From a virus, in the IMG/VR virus record IMGVR_UViG_3300012984_000014, positions 52,462-116,461 of that record: a DNA stretch of 64,000 nt; one strand, 5' to 3'. Positions 44,442 through 52,900 of this stretch are shown piece after piece (the stretch's first letter is position 1; each line of letters starts with the position of its first letter). Below the pieces are notes generated by a model. That model ran no database searches. It saw only the letters and a list, made by a program, of their open reading frames with translations, and was not told the DNA's origin. The position numbers were made by a program, and so were the translations under genes.

Positions 44442-44923
44442 CTGGCAAACGCAACGTCCGCCCGCGCTACGCGCCGCTGAAGGTCGGCACGGAGATCCGC
44501 CTGGTGAAGGAGGAGAAGTCGAAGGTGCGCGACCTCGATGGCGGCGTGGCTGAATACATCCGCTTTCGTGCGGGGACGACCGGCCGCATCACCGTACCGA
44601 AGCTGCCCAACGGCAACGTCGTGGTTGATATCTTCTTGGTCGACAAGGGCACGAAGGGCTACGAGATCACGCGCTCGAACGTCCGAGCCCTCCCCAGGCA
44701 GAAGAAGCCGTTGGGCAACTGCGTTCCCAAGGGCTTCGACCTCCTCAGCCCGGCCGAACGACTCTCCATGAAGCCGATGGCGGCCAAGAGTCTCGCAACG
44801 TCACTCGCCAACCAACGGCGAGCGAAGCGGGCGATGTTGGCGGCAATCCAGCACTACGCCGATTGCACGGCGAACGTCTCGCACAACCGTCGGCTTGCCA
44901 ACATCGAGTCGGGCCTGACGTGA
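44438..44923 (+). CDS. hypothetical protein (SH3-like N-terminal half)
   Basis: LKVGTEIRLV...AGTTGRIT. Confidence 0.55.
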   Translation: MTGKRNVRPRYAPLKVGTEIRLVKEEKSKVRDLDGGVAEYIRFRAGTTGRITVPKLPNGNVVVDIFLVDKGTKGYEITRSNVRALPRQKKPLGNCVPKGFDLLSPAERLSMKPMAAKSLATSLANQRRAKRAMLAAIQHYADCTANVSHNRRLANIESGLT

Positions 44924-45237
44924 TCAACCCCAGCGGCCCTCCAAGCCAATCGTTGCCTCCGCACATCGCGCTCGGGACCCTTCTCCTGGAGGTGAAGATG
45001 GTGTCGTTGACGTTCAATGGGATTGTCGTCACGGCGGACGTCGCCGACCGTGACAACCAGTATTGCACGACGACCATCACGGCCAACTTCGCGCGCTTAC
45101 CTATGGAAGATGACGCGGACCTTCTTCGGCGCGGGTTGAAGATCTTGGTCTGTCACGAGGTGGACGAGCAGATCAAGTGCAACGGCTTTCGGGTCTTCGA
45201 CCCGCACAACCCGGCCAACGTGGAAAGGCACTACTGA
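44920..45237 (+). CDS. hypothetical protein
   Basis: LVCHEVDEQI...RVFDPH; GTGA overlap. Confidence 0.6.
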   Translation: MINPSGPPSQSLPPHIALGTLLLEVKMVSLTFNGIVVTADVADRDNQYCTTTITANFARLPMEDDADLLRRGLKILVCHEVDEQIKCNGFRVFDPHNPANVERHY

Positions 45238-45593
45238 TGAAGATGATGCCGGGCCAGACGCCCTACACGCCGGAGGAGCTGAATCGCCTCCAGGCGCTCG
45301 TTGGCTCGGCCATCGTGGCCGTGGAAGAGTTTGGCGAAGACGAGTTGGAATATTACACAGAAAGGAAGAAGAGATTGGAAGCAGCAAAGAGCAACTTGCC
45401 CCCGGTCGACCTCGTGGGGTGCGAAAAGAGCGTGTATGCCGTGATGGCTCGCGTCCGCGCGGCCGCTACGCGCGCGGGGTGGAACGCGCAACGCATCGGA
45501 GACTTCCGCGGGAAGCTCTTCACGGCCAACAATAACGAGGGCTACGAGGCCGCGATGAAGCTGGTGGCGACCGAATTCCAGGTGAAGTCGTGA
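45237..45593 (+). CDS. helical protein, paralog of 42693-42953
   Basis: VGCEKSVYAVMARVRAAATRAGW.....F.......YEAAMKLVATEFQV. Confidence 0.6.
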   Translation: MKMMPGQTPYTPEELNRLQALVGSAIVAVEEFGEDELEYYTERKKRLEAAKSNLPPVDLVGCEKSVYAVMARVRAAATRAGWNAQRIGDFRGKLFTANNNEGYEAAMKLVATEFQVKS

Positions 45594-45808
45594 GCCAGGA
45601 GGCGCAAGCCTTCCCCGGCGAGCCGACCCCGAGCGAGCGGATCGCCATCGCGACGGCGCGCGTTGCACGAAGGAAGCAGGAGCTGGACAATGCCGTGGCC
45701 GAGTACGCCCTGGCCTGCCAAACGCTCGCCGTTGCCATCGAGCGCGCAGATCGCTTCCACGAGGCTCAGACCAACCCGGCGAACGAGAAGCCCGACGATC
45801 CAGCCTAA
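45590..45808 (+). CDS. small coiled-coil protein
   Basis: GTGA overlap; stop abuts promoter copy 12. Confidence 0.6.
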   Translation: MSQEAQAFPGEPTPSERIAIATARVARRKQELDNAVAEYALACQTLAVAIERADRFHEAQTNPANEKPDDPA

Positions 45809-45810
45809 TA

Positions 45811-45879
45811 TCCACAGACTCAAAAAAAGATTCCACAGGTCAAAAAAGTTCTCGACGCCTGGAAGGGAAAGGTTATGCT
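45811..45879 (+). promoter_or_regulatory. promoter-module copy 12
   Basis: TCCACA at 45811 and 45832; CAAAAAAGTTC-TCGACG(45852)-16-TATGCT(45874). Confidence 0.7.
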
Positions 45880-45886
45880 TAGGAAC

Positions 45887-46525
45887 ATGAACAAGCTCAT
45901 CCCCATCATCACAATCGCGTTCCTAGTCTTTGGCTGCAGCATGCCGGTCGAACAACCGCCCGCGGGAACGCCCGCGGAGCCGTGTCCGGTCGTGGAACCG
46001 CCGGTCCAGCAGGGCCCCGGCGTCAACCTCCCCACCGAGATTCAGATCTCTCCCGACTTCTCGGCGGAGCAGTTGGCGGGCATCCTTGAGGCTATTCACG
46101 ACTGGAGTGATCGCACGTACGGGGTCGCCAAGCTCAACCCGGTCATCGGTACGAATCCGGACGCGCCCTGCCAGCTCAATCCCGTTGACCACTTCGAGCC
46201 GGAGGAGGTCCACCGTGGCGGGCTCGCGAGCGGAAGCGGCATCCACTGTTCCATCCAGCTGGCGACCTCGGTCATCAAGCTGATCGACGCGCGGAAGACC
46301 TGGAACCAGGACACGGAGATGCTCGAAAAGAGCGACAACGACGTCACCGGCGTCACACGCATCTTCGCCCTGAAGCAGTTCGGGGCCATCTTTGGGATTC
46401 CACAGCTCGAAACGGGTCTGATGAGCGAGAACTACGACAAGAGCGACGACTTGGACGACCCGGCGCTGGCAGCCTTCTGCGGCCTCCACGAGTGCCCGAA
46501 CGGCTTCAAGGCTGGTGCACAGTGA
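45887..46525 (+). CDS. lipoprotein with matrixin/metzincin-like fold lacking Zn ligands
   Basis: Lipobox LVFGC; ALKQFGAIFGIPQ aligns with ALHEFGHALGLxH; Met-turn GLM. Confidence 0.6.
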   Translation: MNKLIPIITIAFLVFGCSMPVEQPPAGTPAEPCPVVEPPVQQGPGVNLPTEIQISPDFSAEQLAGILEAIHDWSDRTYGVAKLNPVIGTNPDAPCQLNPVDHFEPEEVHRGGLASGSGIHCSIQLATSVIKLIDARKTWNQDTEMLEKSDNDVTGVTRIFALKQFGAIFGIPQLETGLMSENYDKSDDLDDPALAAFCGLHECPNGFKAGAQ

Positions 46526-47649
46526 TGGCCATTGAAGACGGCGAGCGCCTTCTGATTAAGGCCTGGCGTGACACGCTCCGGAAGGGCGACCAAGTTGAGG
46601 TCCGCGACCGCAAGTCACCACGCCCGCGCCTCGGAAAGATCCTGAACACGACGGCGCGCGGTTGCGGCGTCCTGTACGAGAGCAACCACGACGGCTTCGC
46701 CTACTGGAACGACATCTACCCGCGCGCGGACCGGATGGAAAGCCTTCTGAAGAACTTCGACAAAACGGTGAGGCGCGCCACGCAGGGCGGAGCAACGATC
46801 GCCGACGTCGTGAAGATCAAGGGAGGCATCAGCCTAAAAGTCGTCCCTCCGCCGAAGCCGGAGCCCGTGGAAACAGAGCTCCCGCCCGCGCGTACGGCGC
46901 TCCCTTCGATGATTCGCATGACGCCTTCGGATCAGATGCCGACCGGCGCCCATTCGCACGGCCAAATAGTCGGAATGACGACGCCCGAGCCGGCTCCGAC
47001 AGAACCGCCTTCGCATCCCAAGCAGATGCAACCGGCCAAGGTCATCGTCGTGAAGCAGCCCAAGGTGGAACCTCCGCCCGTCAAGGCGTCCGACGTCATC
47101 GATTCGACCAAATTGAATCGCGAACAGATTGCTCAGGTCGAAGCTTCGTTGAAGACGCCCACGCGAACGTTTAAGCGCGGCGACGGGCGCGCCGCTCACG
47201 CGCTGACAGACATCGCCATCGCGCTCCGGACCGAACGGATCCGACGCGGCGAAACGCAGCGCGAGGCGTCCGTCACGTTGCGGATCTCCGCGCCCGTCCT
47301 CTCCCGGCTTGAGCTAGGCGTCGACCATCCGACGGATGACCAGCTGCTTTGCTACGTGGAACATTACAAGATGGACTTGAACACGCTCCTCCGCGCACGC
47401 GACGGACAAGAGGAGAACGTGCCCGAGGAGCCTCCGGCGAAGGTCGATCACATCGCGCCCGTCGGGCCTCCGCTCGCGCTTGTGATTCCGGAGCCCGAAC
47501 CGCCGAATGAGCGGCTGGACTGGCTCATGGACGTCATCGACTTCACCGAGCGTCTCAAGATCGCCATCCCGTTCCCGTCGGACGCCGAGAAGCGCCGTGC
47601 TTGGTACAAGGCAGCGCTGATGATGTTCGAGGTCCAAAATGGAAAGTAA
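46525..47649 (+). CDS. multidomain protein with XRE/Cro-type HTH
   Basis: LRTERIRRGETQREAS..LRISAPVLSRLELG..HP; N-terminal SH3-like part; Pro-rich linkers. Confidence 0.7.
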   Translation: MAIEDGERLLIKAWRDTLRKGDQVEVRDRKSPRPRLGKILNTTARGCGVLYESNHDGFAYWNDIYPRADRMESLLKNFDKTVRRATQGGATIADVVKIKGGISLKVVPPPKPEPVETELPPARTALPSMIRMTPSDQMPTGAHSHGQIVGMTTPEPAPTEPPSHPKQMQPAKVIVVKQPKVEPPPVKASDVIDSTKLNREQIAQVEASLKTPTRTFKRGDGRAAHALTDIAIALRTERIRRGETQREASVTLRISAPVLSRLELGVDHPTDDQLLCYVEHYKMDLNTLLRARDGQEENVPEEPPAKVDHIAPVGPPLALVIPEPEPPNERLDWLMDVIDFTERLKIAIPFPSDAEKRRAWYKAALMMFEVQNGK

Positions 47650-48337
47650 ACGCGAGGTCTTCGTGCTGGAGGAGAATGGCGTTCCCGTTCGTTGCAACAC
47701 TGCGCAGATCGAAGCGTCCGACAGCGCCGACCGTCTCGTGCTCGCCGTCGAAGCCGGCGTGAGGATGGGTCGGCCCATCGGCGAAGAGCGCGTGGTGCGT
47801 TACGTCCCCGAGCACGCCAATCTCTGGTTGTTCCAGGCGAACGAGAACTGGACAGAGACGCAGCTGACCAACACCGGCCCGATTCAACCAATCCTTCAGC
47901 AAGACGTTGATGGAGGGCCGTGGACGTTCTCCCTGTACTTCATCGCGCCCGACTGGGACGCGGCGAAGCGCCTGATGGACGAGATGCAAGGCCACCGCGT
48001 CGGGTCTTACGTCGAGCACACCGTGCCCGAGCCCAAAACGCTGAAGGAGCGGACTCGACGATCCAAACACAGGCCGCATCGCTGGGTTTACAAGAATCTT
48101 TCGGGAGTCGACAGCGACTTGTTGAAGGCGGAGGGCGCAGAAGTGGCGAGCATCCGTGTGTGCAAGCGTTGCGGCCAAGTCAGGCGCTCCGTCCGCTTCC
48201 CACCGAAGAAGGGGGGGCTGTACCACGAAGTCAAGTCAGAGTGGCTCGCCGTCGTCGAAGATGGCGTGGCTAAAGTGGTTTCGTCGATGGTGCACGGCGC
48301 CGATTGGTTCCGTGGAGACAAGGCGTGCACCCAGTGA
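47639..48337 (+). CDS. hypothetical protein
   Basis: 232 aa; H.W....C.RCG near the C-terminus. Confidence 0.6.
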   Translation: MESKREVFVLEENGVPVRCNTAQIEASDSADRLVLAVEAGVRMGRPIGEERVVRYVPEHANLWLFQANENWTETQLTNTGPIQPILQQDVDGGPWTFSLYFIAPDWDAAKRLMDEMQGHRVGSYVEHTVPEPKTLKERTRRSKHRPHRWVYKNLSGVDSDLLKAEGAEVASIRVCKRCGQVRRSVRFPPKKGGLYHEVKSEWLAVVEDGVAKVVSSMVHGADWFRGDKACTQ

Positions 48338-49011
48338 AAGACGTACACACCGAGCACTGCTGCCGCTTCCACGGCTGCAAGTACGGCCTTGCAGGCAGGC
48401 AAGACTGCACAGTGGTGAACAAGGGCGCCCTCCAGAGCTACCCGTGCGAGGACTGCACCGAGGAGCAGGGGCGCCAGATCCAAGAGGAGCGTTTCCCGCG
48501 CTGCGGCGCGCTCCCGCGCGACCGGAAGGACGATCACCCGTGCTTCCTTCGACAGGGCCACACGGGCGCGATCCACCGCAGCTTGAGCGGAGCCTTCCTG
48601 ATGACGCGCCCCGCGCCTCCGGCTCCGCGGCCGCACGAAGTCGCGCGCACGGAGGTCGACGGCGTGACGTACGCGCTGCACACGGACGACCCGAACGAGC
48701 CCGACAGCGAGCCCTCCGTGACACGTAGCGTGCCACCGGTGATCGACCCGCAGCAGAGGTCAGTCGACCGGGCCCGACAGCATTCTGCCATGCTCTTGTT
48801 GCAGGAGGCCATCGAGAAGGCGCACGGTCTCGGGAAGGGCGCGGCCTGGGATGCGCTTCACCTGATCCAAGCCGTCCTGAACAGGCAAGAAGCGACCATA
48901 AAACGCATACAGCGCGACTATCTCGCCTTGGTCGAGCAGCGGATTGCCCCAATTGCAAACAGGGAAACCAAATACAGGTTGATGGAACTGCACGAGGAGT
49001 TGGAGAAATGA
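48334..49011 (+). CDS. Cys/His-rich hypothetical protein
   Basis: HTEHCC..HGCKYG...C; GGAG SD; GTGA overlap. Confidence 0.6.
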   Translation: MKDVHTEHCCRFHGCKYGLAGRQDCTVVNKGALQSYPCEDCTEEQGRQIQEERFPRCGALPRDRKDDHPCFLRQGHTGAIHRSLSGAFLMTRPAPPAPRPHEVARTEVDGVTYALHTDDPNEPDSEPSVTRSVPPVIDPQQRSVDRARQHSAMLLLQEAIEKAHGLGKGAAWDALHLIQAVLNRQEATIKRIQRDYLALVEQRIAPIANRETKYRLMELHEELEK

Positions 49012-49205
49012 AACGATCCGCTTACGCACTCGTCGGATGCGCAGCCGGTCTGATCATCGGCCTCGGGCTCGCCGGCTGTGTCGTGATCGCGCGCGCGGAC
49101 GGCTTCGAGGTCGAGATCAGCCACCGGCAGATCCTCGACAAGACCTGCTTCTGGACGACCAACGCCCAAGGCGAAGCAACGACGCTCTCCTGCGTCAAGG
49201 ACTGA
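49008..49205 (+). CDS. small membrane/exported protein
   Basis: N-terminal hydrophobic helix; two C-terminal Cys. Confidence 0.55.
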   Translation: MKRSAYALVGCAAGLIIGLGLAGCVVIARADGFEVEISHRQILDKTCFWTTNAQGEATTLSCVKD

Positions 49206-49364
49206 ATGGACCCGCAAATCATCGAGGCGCTCCGGAGCATCGCCAGTGACCTCGCCTTCCTAGGCTTCGTCGGCTCATGCGCGGTCGTGGGCGTGATCGT
49301 CATGGCCGAAATGGGCGTGTGGATGGGCGTCGTGAAGCGCCGAGGAGACGACGAGGACGAATGA
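49206..49364 (+). CDS. 52-aa membrane peptide
   Basis: Hand-translated; TM LAFLGFVGSCAVVGVIVMA; AAGGA SD. Confidence 0.5.
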   Translation: MDPQIIEALRSIASDLAFLGFVGSCAVVGVIVMAEMGVWMGVVKRRGDDEDE

Positions 49365-49603
49365 ACTTGCACTTCATCCGCGTGAAGACGCTCACGAACA
49401 AGCTGCTCATCGCGGACGGCTGGCAGCTGGGCATGTTCGTCATCGACGGCGATACGCCCTATGGGCCATCGTTCGAGACCCAAGCGGGCGTCATCAGCGG
49501 CTACGCCTCCCGGGCGGACGCTGACCGCCTCGTTTCCACAATCGGAAAAAGCTACGTTGGCGTGACGTTCGAGGTCATCGAGTACGTTCCGAGAAGCACG
49601 TGA
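49361..49603 (+). CDS. hypothetical protein
   Basis: GAGG SD; ATGA/GTGA overlaps. Confidence 0.55.
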   Translation: MNLHFIRVKTLTNKLLIADGWQLGMFVIDGDTPYGPSFETQAGVISGYASRADADRLVSTIGKSYVGVTFEVIEYVPRST

Positions 49604-49983
49604 AGCGCTTCCGGCTCATCGTGGCCGGGATGCGTTTCTGGACCGATCGGCGCGCGGTCTACTCACGCTTGGACGCCATCCTCAAGCTGCGACCCAACCT
49701 GATCCTCGTGCACGGCGCCTGTCCGACGGGCGCTGACGCGATAGCCGACAGGTGGGCTCGCCGGAGGGGCGTCAAGATAGAACGTCACCCCGCCAACTGG
49801 CGCGTGTACGGCAAGCGCGCGGGCCCGAGACGCAACGAGAAAATGGCGGCGCTCGGGGCCAACTACTGCCTCGTGTTTTGGGACGGCAAGAGCCGCGGGA
49901 CGGGCTCGATGTATCGCGCCGCGCGCCGCGCCGGCATCCCAACTCGCCAAGTCAGACCGCGTTCGCCGATTCAGCGCGGGTAA
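49600..49983 (+). CDS. YspA/DUF2493-like SLOG-family protein
   Basis: LIVAG.R...D, LVHGAC.TGAD..A..WA, W..YGKRAGP.RN..M, VFWDGKSRGT. Confidence 0.85.
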   Translation: MKRFRLIVAGMRFWTDRRAVYSRLDAILKLRPNLILVHGACPTGADAIADRWARRRGVKIERHPANWRVYGKRAGPRRNEKMAALGANYCLVFWDGKSRGTGSMYRAARRAGIPTRQVRPRSPIQRG

Positions 49984-50014
49984 GAAGGTTCAGGGTAATT
50001 AGGTTCACCACCCA

Positions 50015-50098
50015 ATGACGAACCTGCGCTGGTCTCTCTTCGCGTCGCTCGCCGTCGCGTTTGTGATCACGGCTGCTGTGCTCGTCCTAGACCCGTGA
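50015..50098 (+). CDS. 27-aa hydrophobic peptide (uncertain)
   Basis: MTNLRWSLFASLAVAFVITAAVLVLDP*; GTGA overlap with the next frame. Confidence 0.3.
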   Translation: MTNLRWSLFASLAVAFVITAAVLVLDP

Positions 50099-50106
50099 GG
50101 CGCAGC

Positions 50107-50361
50107 ATGGCACAGAGCGACTTCTTGAAATGGTTCGTAGCTCACCACGGCAAGCCCGTGTTCAAGGATCCGAGCGAGGCGCAGGCGGCCCGGGACAACT
50201 TGAACTCCGCGCGCAACATGCTCACGGCGCTCGAACGCGAGATGCGACGCCACGACGAGTACGAGGCGCGCAAGCAGTCGGCCTGTTACGCCTGGAACGC
50301 GAAGCCATCCCGGTCTATGGCGAAACCGCTGGCCAAGTGCCGCGCTCGTCGCCCACGATAG
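50107..50361 (+). CDS. hypothetical protein
   Basis: GAGG SD; helical. Confidence 0.55.
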   Translation: MAQSDFLKWFVAHHGKPVFKDPSEAQAARDNLNSARNMLTALEREMRRHDEYEARKQSACYAWNAKPSRSMAKPLAKCRARRPR

Positions 50362-50531
50362 TTCCAAGAGCCTACTTACCCACCCAAAAAACCGCACTTA
50401 CCCGAGCAGGGTAATTGGGTTTGTTGAATGAAGCGACATAATTCATCGCAAACGACAAGCGCGGGTAAGTAAGTTAGGCGCATCCAAACTGCATCGTTCT
50501 CGCAAGTGAGCAAAACAGGAGAAAAAACGAG

Positions 50532-51077
50532 ATGAAACAAGAGCAGATCGAGCGCATCTGGAATGACTCGTTCTTATCGATGGGCAAGACGTTCGGCGAC
50601 TTGGGCCCGGAGTCCCAGACGAACATCCGTGTCTTCGTCCAAGCCATCGAGGTGCAACTGAAGGACGACTTCGACAAGGCGCAACTCGCGCTCCGGGCCT
50701 CGCATGAGGGCGCGACGAAGGCGCTGGACATCATGATGCGCGCGTACGGCGCGGCGGTCGCCTGGCGCGACAAGTACAAGGTCGCCAAGCGTACCGAGGT
50801 CTATGCCGTGATGCTCGTGGAGCTGACGAACAACGTCATGGACGCCGTTGGCTGGCACCCCACGGGCCCGTCCGACGAGGAACCGGGCACGGTCAAGCTA
50901 GTCGCTGCCAACAGCTGCGTCCACTGCGGAGCACCGGCGGCCGGAGACAACCTCTGCGATCAACATCGTGAAAAGATCGCGCGTGAGCGTGCGGAAGCGA
51001 AGCTGATTGGCCCAAGCGACGACGATCCCAACGCTGGCCATGGTGGCTACAACTGGGAAGGAGTCGGACGATCCTGA
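50532..51077 (+). CDS. hypothetical protein with C-terminal Zn finger
   Basis: AGGAG SD; CVHCG....NLCDQH. Confidence 0.65.
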   Translation: MKQEQIERIWNDSFLSMGKTFGDLGPESQTNIRVFVQAIEVQLKDDFDKAQLALRASHEGATKALDIMMRAYGAAVAWRDKYKVAKRTEVYAVMLVELTNNVMDAVGWHPTGPSDEEPGTVKLVAANSCVHCGAPAAGDNLCDQHREKIARERAEAKLIGPSDDDPNAGHGGYNWEGVGRS

Positions 51078-51215
51078 GCACCTGCGCATCGTCTTCCTGG
51101 ACATGAAGAATAACCACGCCTCTTCGCTCCGGATTGCGTACGTGCTCCGAGGTTCCTCCGTCGTAAATCCTCCTCTGAATCGGTAATTGGGTCTGTTTAT
51201 ATCAGGGAAATAAGC

Positions 51216-51800
51216 ATGAAAATATCCAACGAAACGCTAGAAAAGTTGCTCAACGGAAATGAGCTATGTGATCTTGAAATCACAGCGCAAGATCTCGCTA
51301 GAGACTTGCAAGAGGCGCGTGCCGTCAAGCGAGCCGTCGTTCGCTTCCCAATGCTGGTCGTCAGGGTCCCTGTCGAGAATGTGATGAAAGTCGGTTCCTC
51401 GCGAGCGCTCGCTGCGCTTGTCGGCGAGCGCGCCGCAGTCATCGAGGTCAATCTGGAACACCTCGCCAAGGAGGCCAACACGGAGCCGTTCCCGGCCCTC
51501 CTAGTTCCAGAGCAACCACTCTGGATCTTGCAGCTGATTGACAAGCGCCGCCGCCATCCAGGCGCGAAAGAGGTCGCTGTTTGTAAGGCGCGGACAAAGG
51601 CGGAGTTGATTGCCTTGGTGGAGCGGGAGAAGTGCGAGCCGTACGTGGACGGCAACGAGGGAAAGATCTTCAAGAAGAACGGCCCATTGGAGTGGTTCTT
51701 TGAGCCGTCGTCGGACGATGCCTACATCAACGTCATCGAAAACATTACGCAATATGTGGCAGCAGCCCGCCAAACCATTCCGGACGTGAGCGCGCTTTGA
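51216..51800 (+). CDS. hypothetical protein
   Basis: 194 aa; CEPY.DG..GK.FKK.GPLEWF. Confidence 0.65.
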   Translation: MKISNETLEKLLNGNELCDLEITAQDLARDLQEARAVKRAVVRFPMLVVRVPVENVMKVGSSRALAALVGERAAVIEVNLEHLAKEANTEPFPALLVPEQPLWILQLIDKRRRHPGAKEVAVCKARTKAELIALVEREKCEPYVDGNEGKIFKKNGPLEWFFEPSSDDAYINVIENITQYVAAARQTIPDVSAL

Positions 51801-52159
51801 TCGACATCAACTATTACACGAAGCGCTATCAATTCTTGGACCAGCCCGTGGTCGGCATCACGCCGTCGGAGGGCCAGTCATTGGTCCTCGTCGCGCGCAA
51901 GGGCCCGTACATGGCCATGGTGGAGCGCGCCGAAGGCGCGACCAATTGGAGCGGCCGCCTGTTCTTCGGGATGCCCGACAAGGGCGGGCTCGCCGGATCT
52001 CCGACGCTGATTGGCATCGTCGAAGACCACCACCACCTCAACGTCGTGCTGATGCGCCTCGCGTCGCGAGCCCACGAGGTGAACCGCGCGTCCATCGAGG
52101 CTTGCACCAGGAAGAAAAGGAAGAAGTATGACTACAGAACGCAGAAAAAACGAGCGTAA
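51797..52159 (+). CDS. hypothetical protein
   Basis: TTGA overlap. Confidence 0.55.
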   Translation: MIDINYYTKRYQFLDQPVVGITPSEGQSLVLVARKGPYMAMVERAEGATNWSGRLFFGMPDKGGLAGSPTLIGIVEDHHHLNVVLMRLASRAHEVNRASIEACTRKKRKKYDYRTQKKRA

Positions 52160-52451
52160 TATGCACTTTTTTAAGCACCCTCTGAGTCGTCTGGACACAT
52201 ACTATGTGTTGCTTCTCAACAAAGACGCCATGGTTACATGCTGGGAGGACGCAGAAGGACGTTGGCGCGCCGGCCTTTCCGGGGCGCGAAGTGATGGACA
52301 GATCGTCACAGCGACGGGGAGAACGCCGCGCGAAGCTCTGCGCGTCCTGGAAAAGAAGACGCTAAAGGCCATAGGCGCGTTCGTTTCCACATTTTCATCC
52401 ATACTGCGCGCAGCAGGAATCTACTGGCGCACCTCGATCCTGGGCAAATGA
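52128..52451 (+). CDS. hypothetical protein
   Basis: AGGAAG SD; ATGA overlap. Confidence 0.5.
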   Translation: MTTERRKNERNMHFFKHPLSRLDTYYVLLLNKDAMVTCWEDAEGRWRAGLSGARSDGQIVTATGRTPREALRVLEKKTLKAIGAFVSTFSSILRAAGIYWRTSILGK

Positions 52452-52900
52452 CACACGCCGGCCTGGTCATCCTTGCGGAGCGCTATCTGCTCCGCCAAGG
52501 CTGCCGCGTCGTCCTGACGGAGCGCGGACGCGCGGGCGAGGAGTTCCCGGACGCCATCGGCTGGATGCCGGACGGAACCTCCATCCTCATCGAGGCCAAG
52601 CGGACCCGCAAAGACTTCCTGGCGGAGTGGTCGCGGGCCGACCGGAAGCAGCACCGGCGGAATCACCAGGCTGGAATGGGTGAGCGCCGCTACTACCTCG
52701 GGCCCGCCGGCATCATTCGGCCTGACGATCTGGAGGGGAACGGCTGGGGATTGATTGAAGCGTGGCCAAGAAGACTGTTCAAACGTGTGGATTCCGTCCA
52801 CTTTCAACCCGACCGATACGCAGAATTGCGACTAATTGTGGCCTCTTTTTCCAAGGTGGAACGTGACAAAAACAACAGACAGCAGCAGTTCGCCTTCTAG
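52448..52900 (+). CDS. PD-(D/E)XK nuclease-fold protein (MmcB-like)
   Basis: EFPDAIGW...LIEAK.TR.DF...GMG..RYY...WGLI. Confidence 0.65.
   Translation: MTHAGLVILAERYLLRQGCRVVLTERGRAGEEFPDAIGWMPDGTSILIEAKRTRKDFLAEWSRADRKQHRRNHQAGMGERRYYLGPAGIIRPDDLEGNGWGLIEAWPRRLFKRVDSVHFQPDRYAELRLIVASFSKVERDKNNRQQQFAF

Noticed and set aside
32733-45816. TCCACA/TGTGGA as DnaA boxes
   Set aside because: No perfect TTATCCACA was seen (best ATATCCACA). The conserved flank is TGTGGAAGC, and the fixed promoter-relative position fits a dedicated operator better. Not fully excluded.
22232-45879. Promoter repeats as a CRISPR array or a repeated coding motif (track ORFs beginning KKVLDLWKQKPY, MEAEA.. or MWKQR..)
   Set aside because: Copies are 0.9-10 kb apart and separated by whole genes, and no cas genes are present. 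The recurring peptide is an artefact of ORF extension through the conserved non-coding module.
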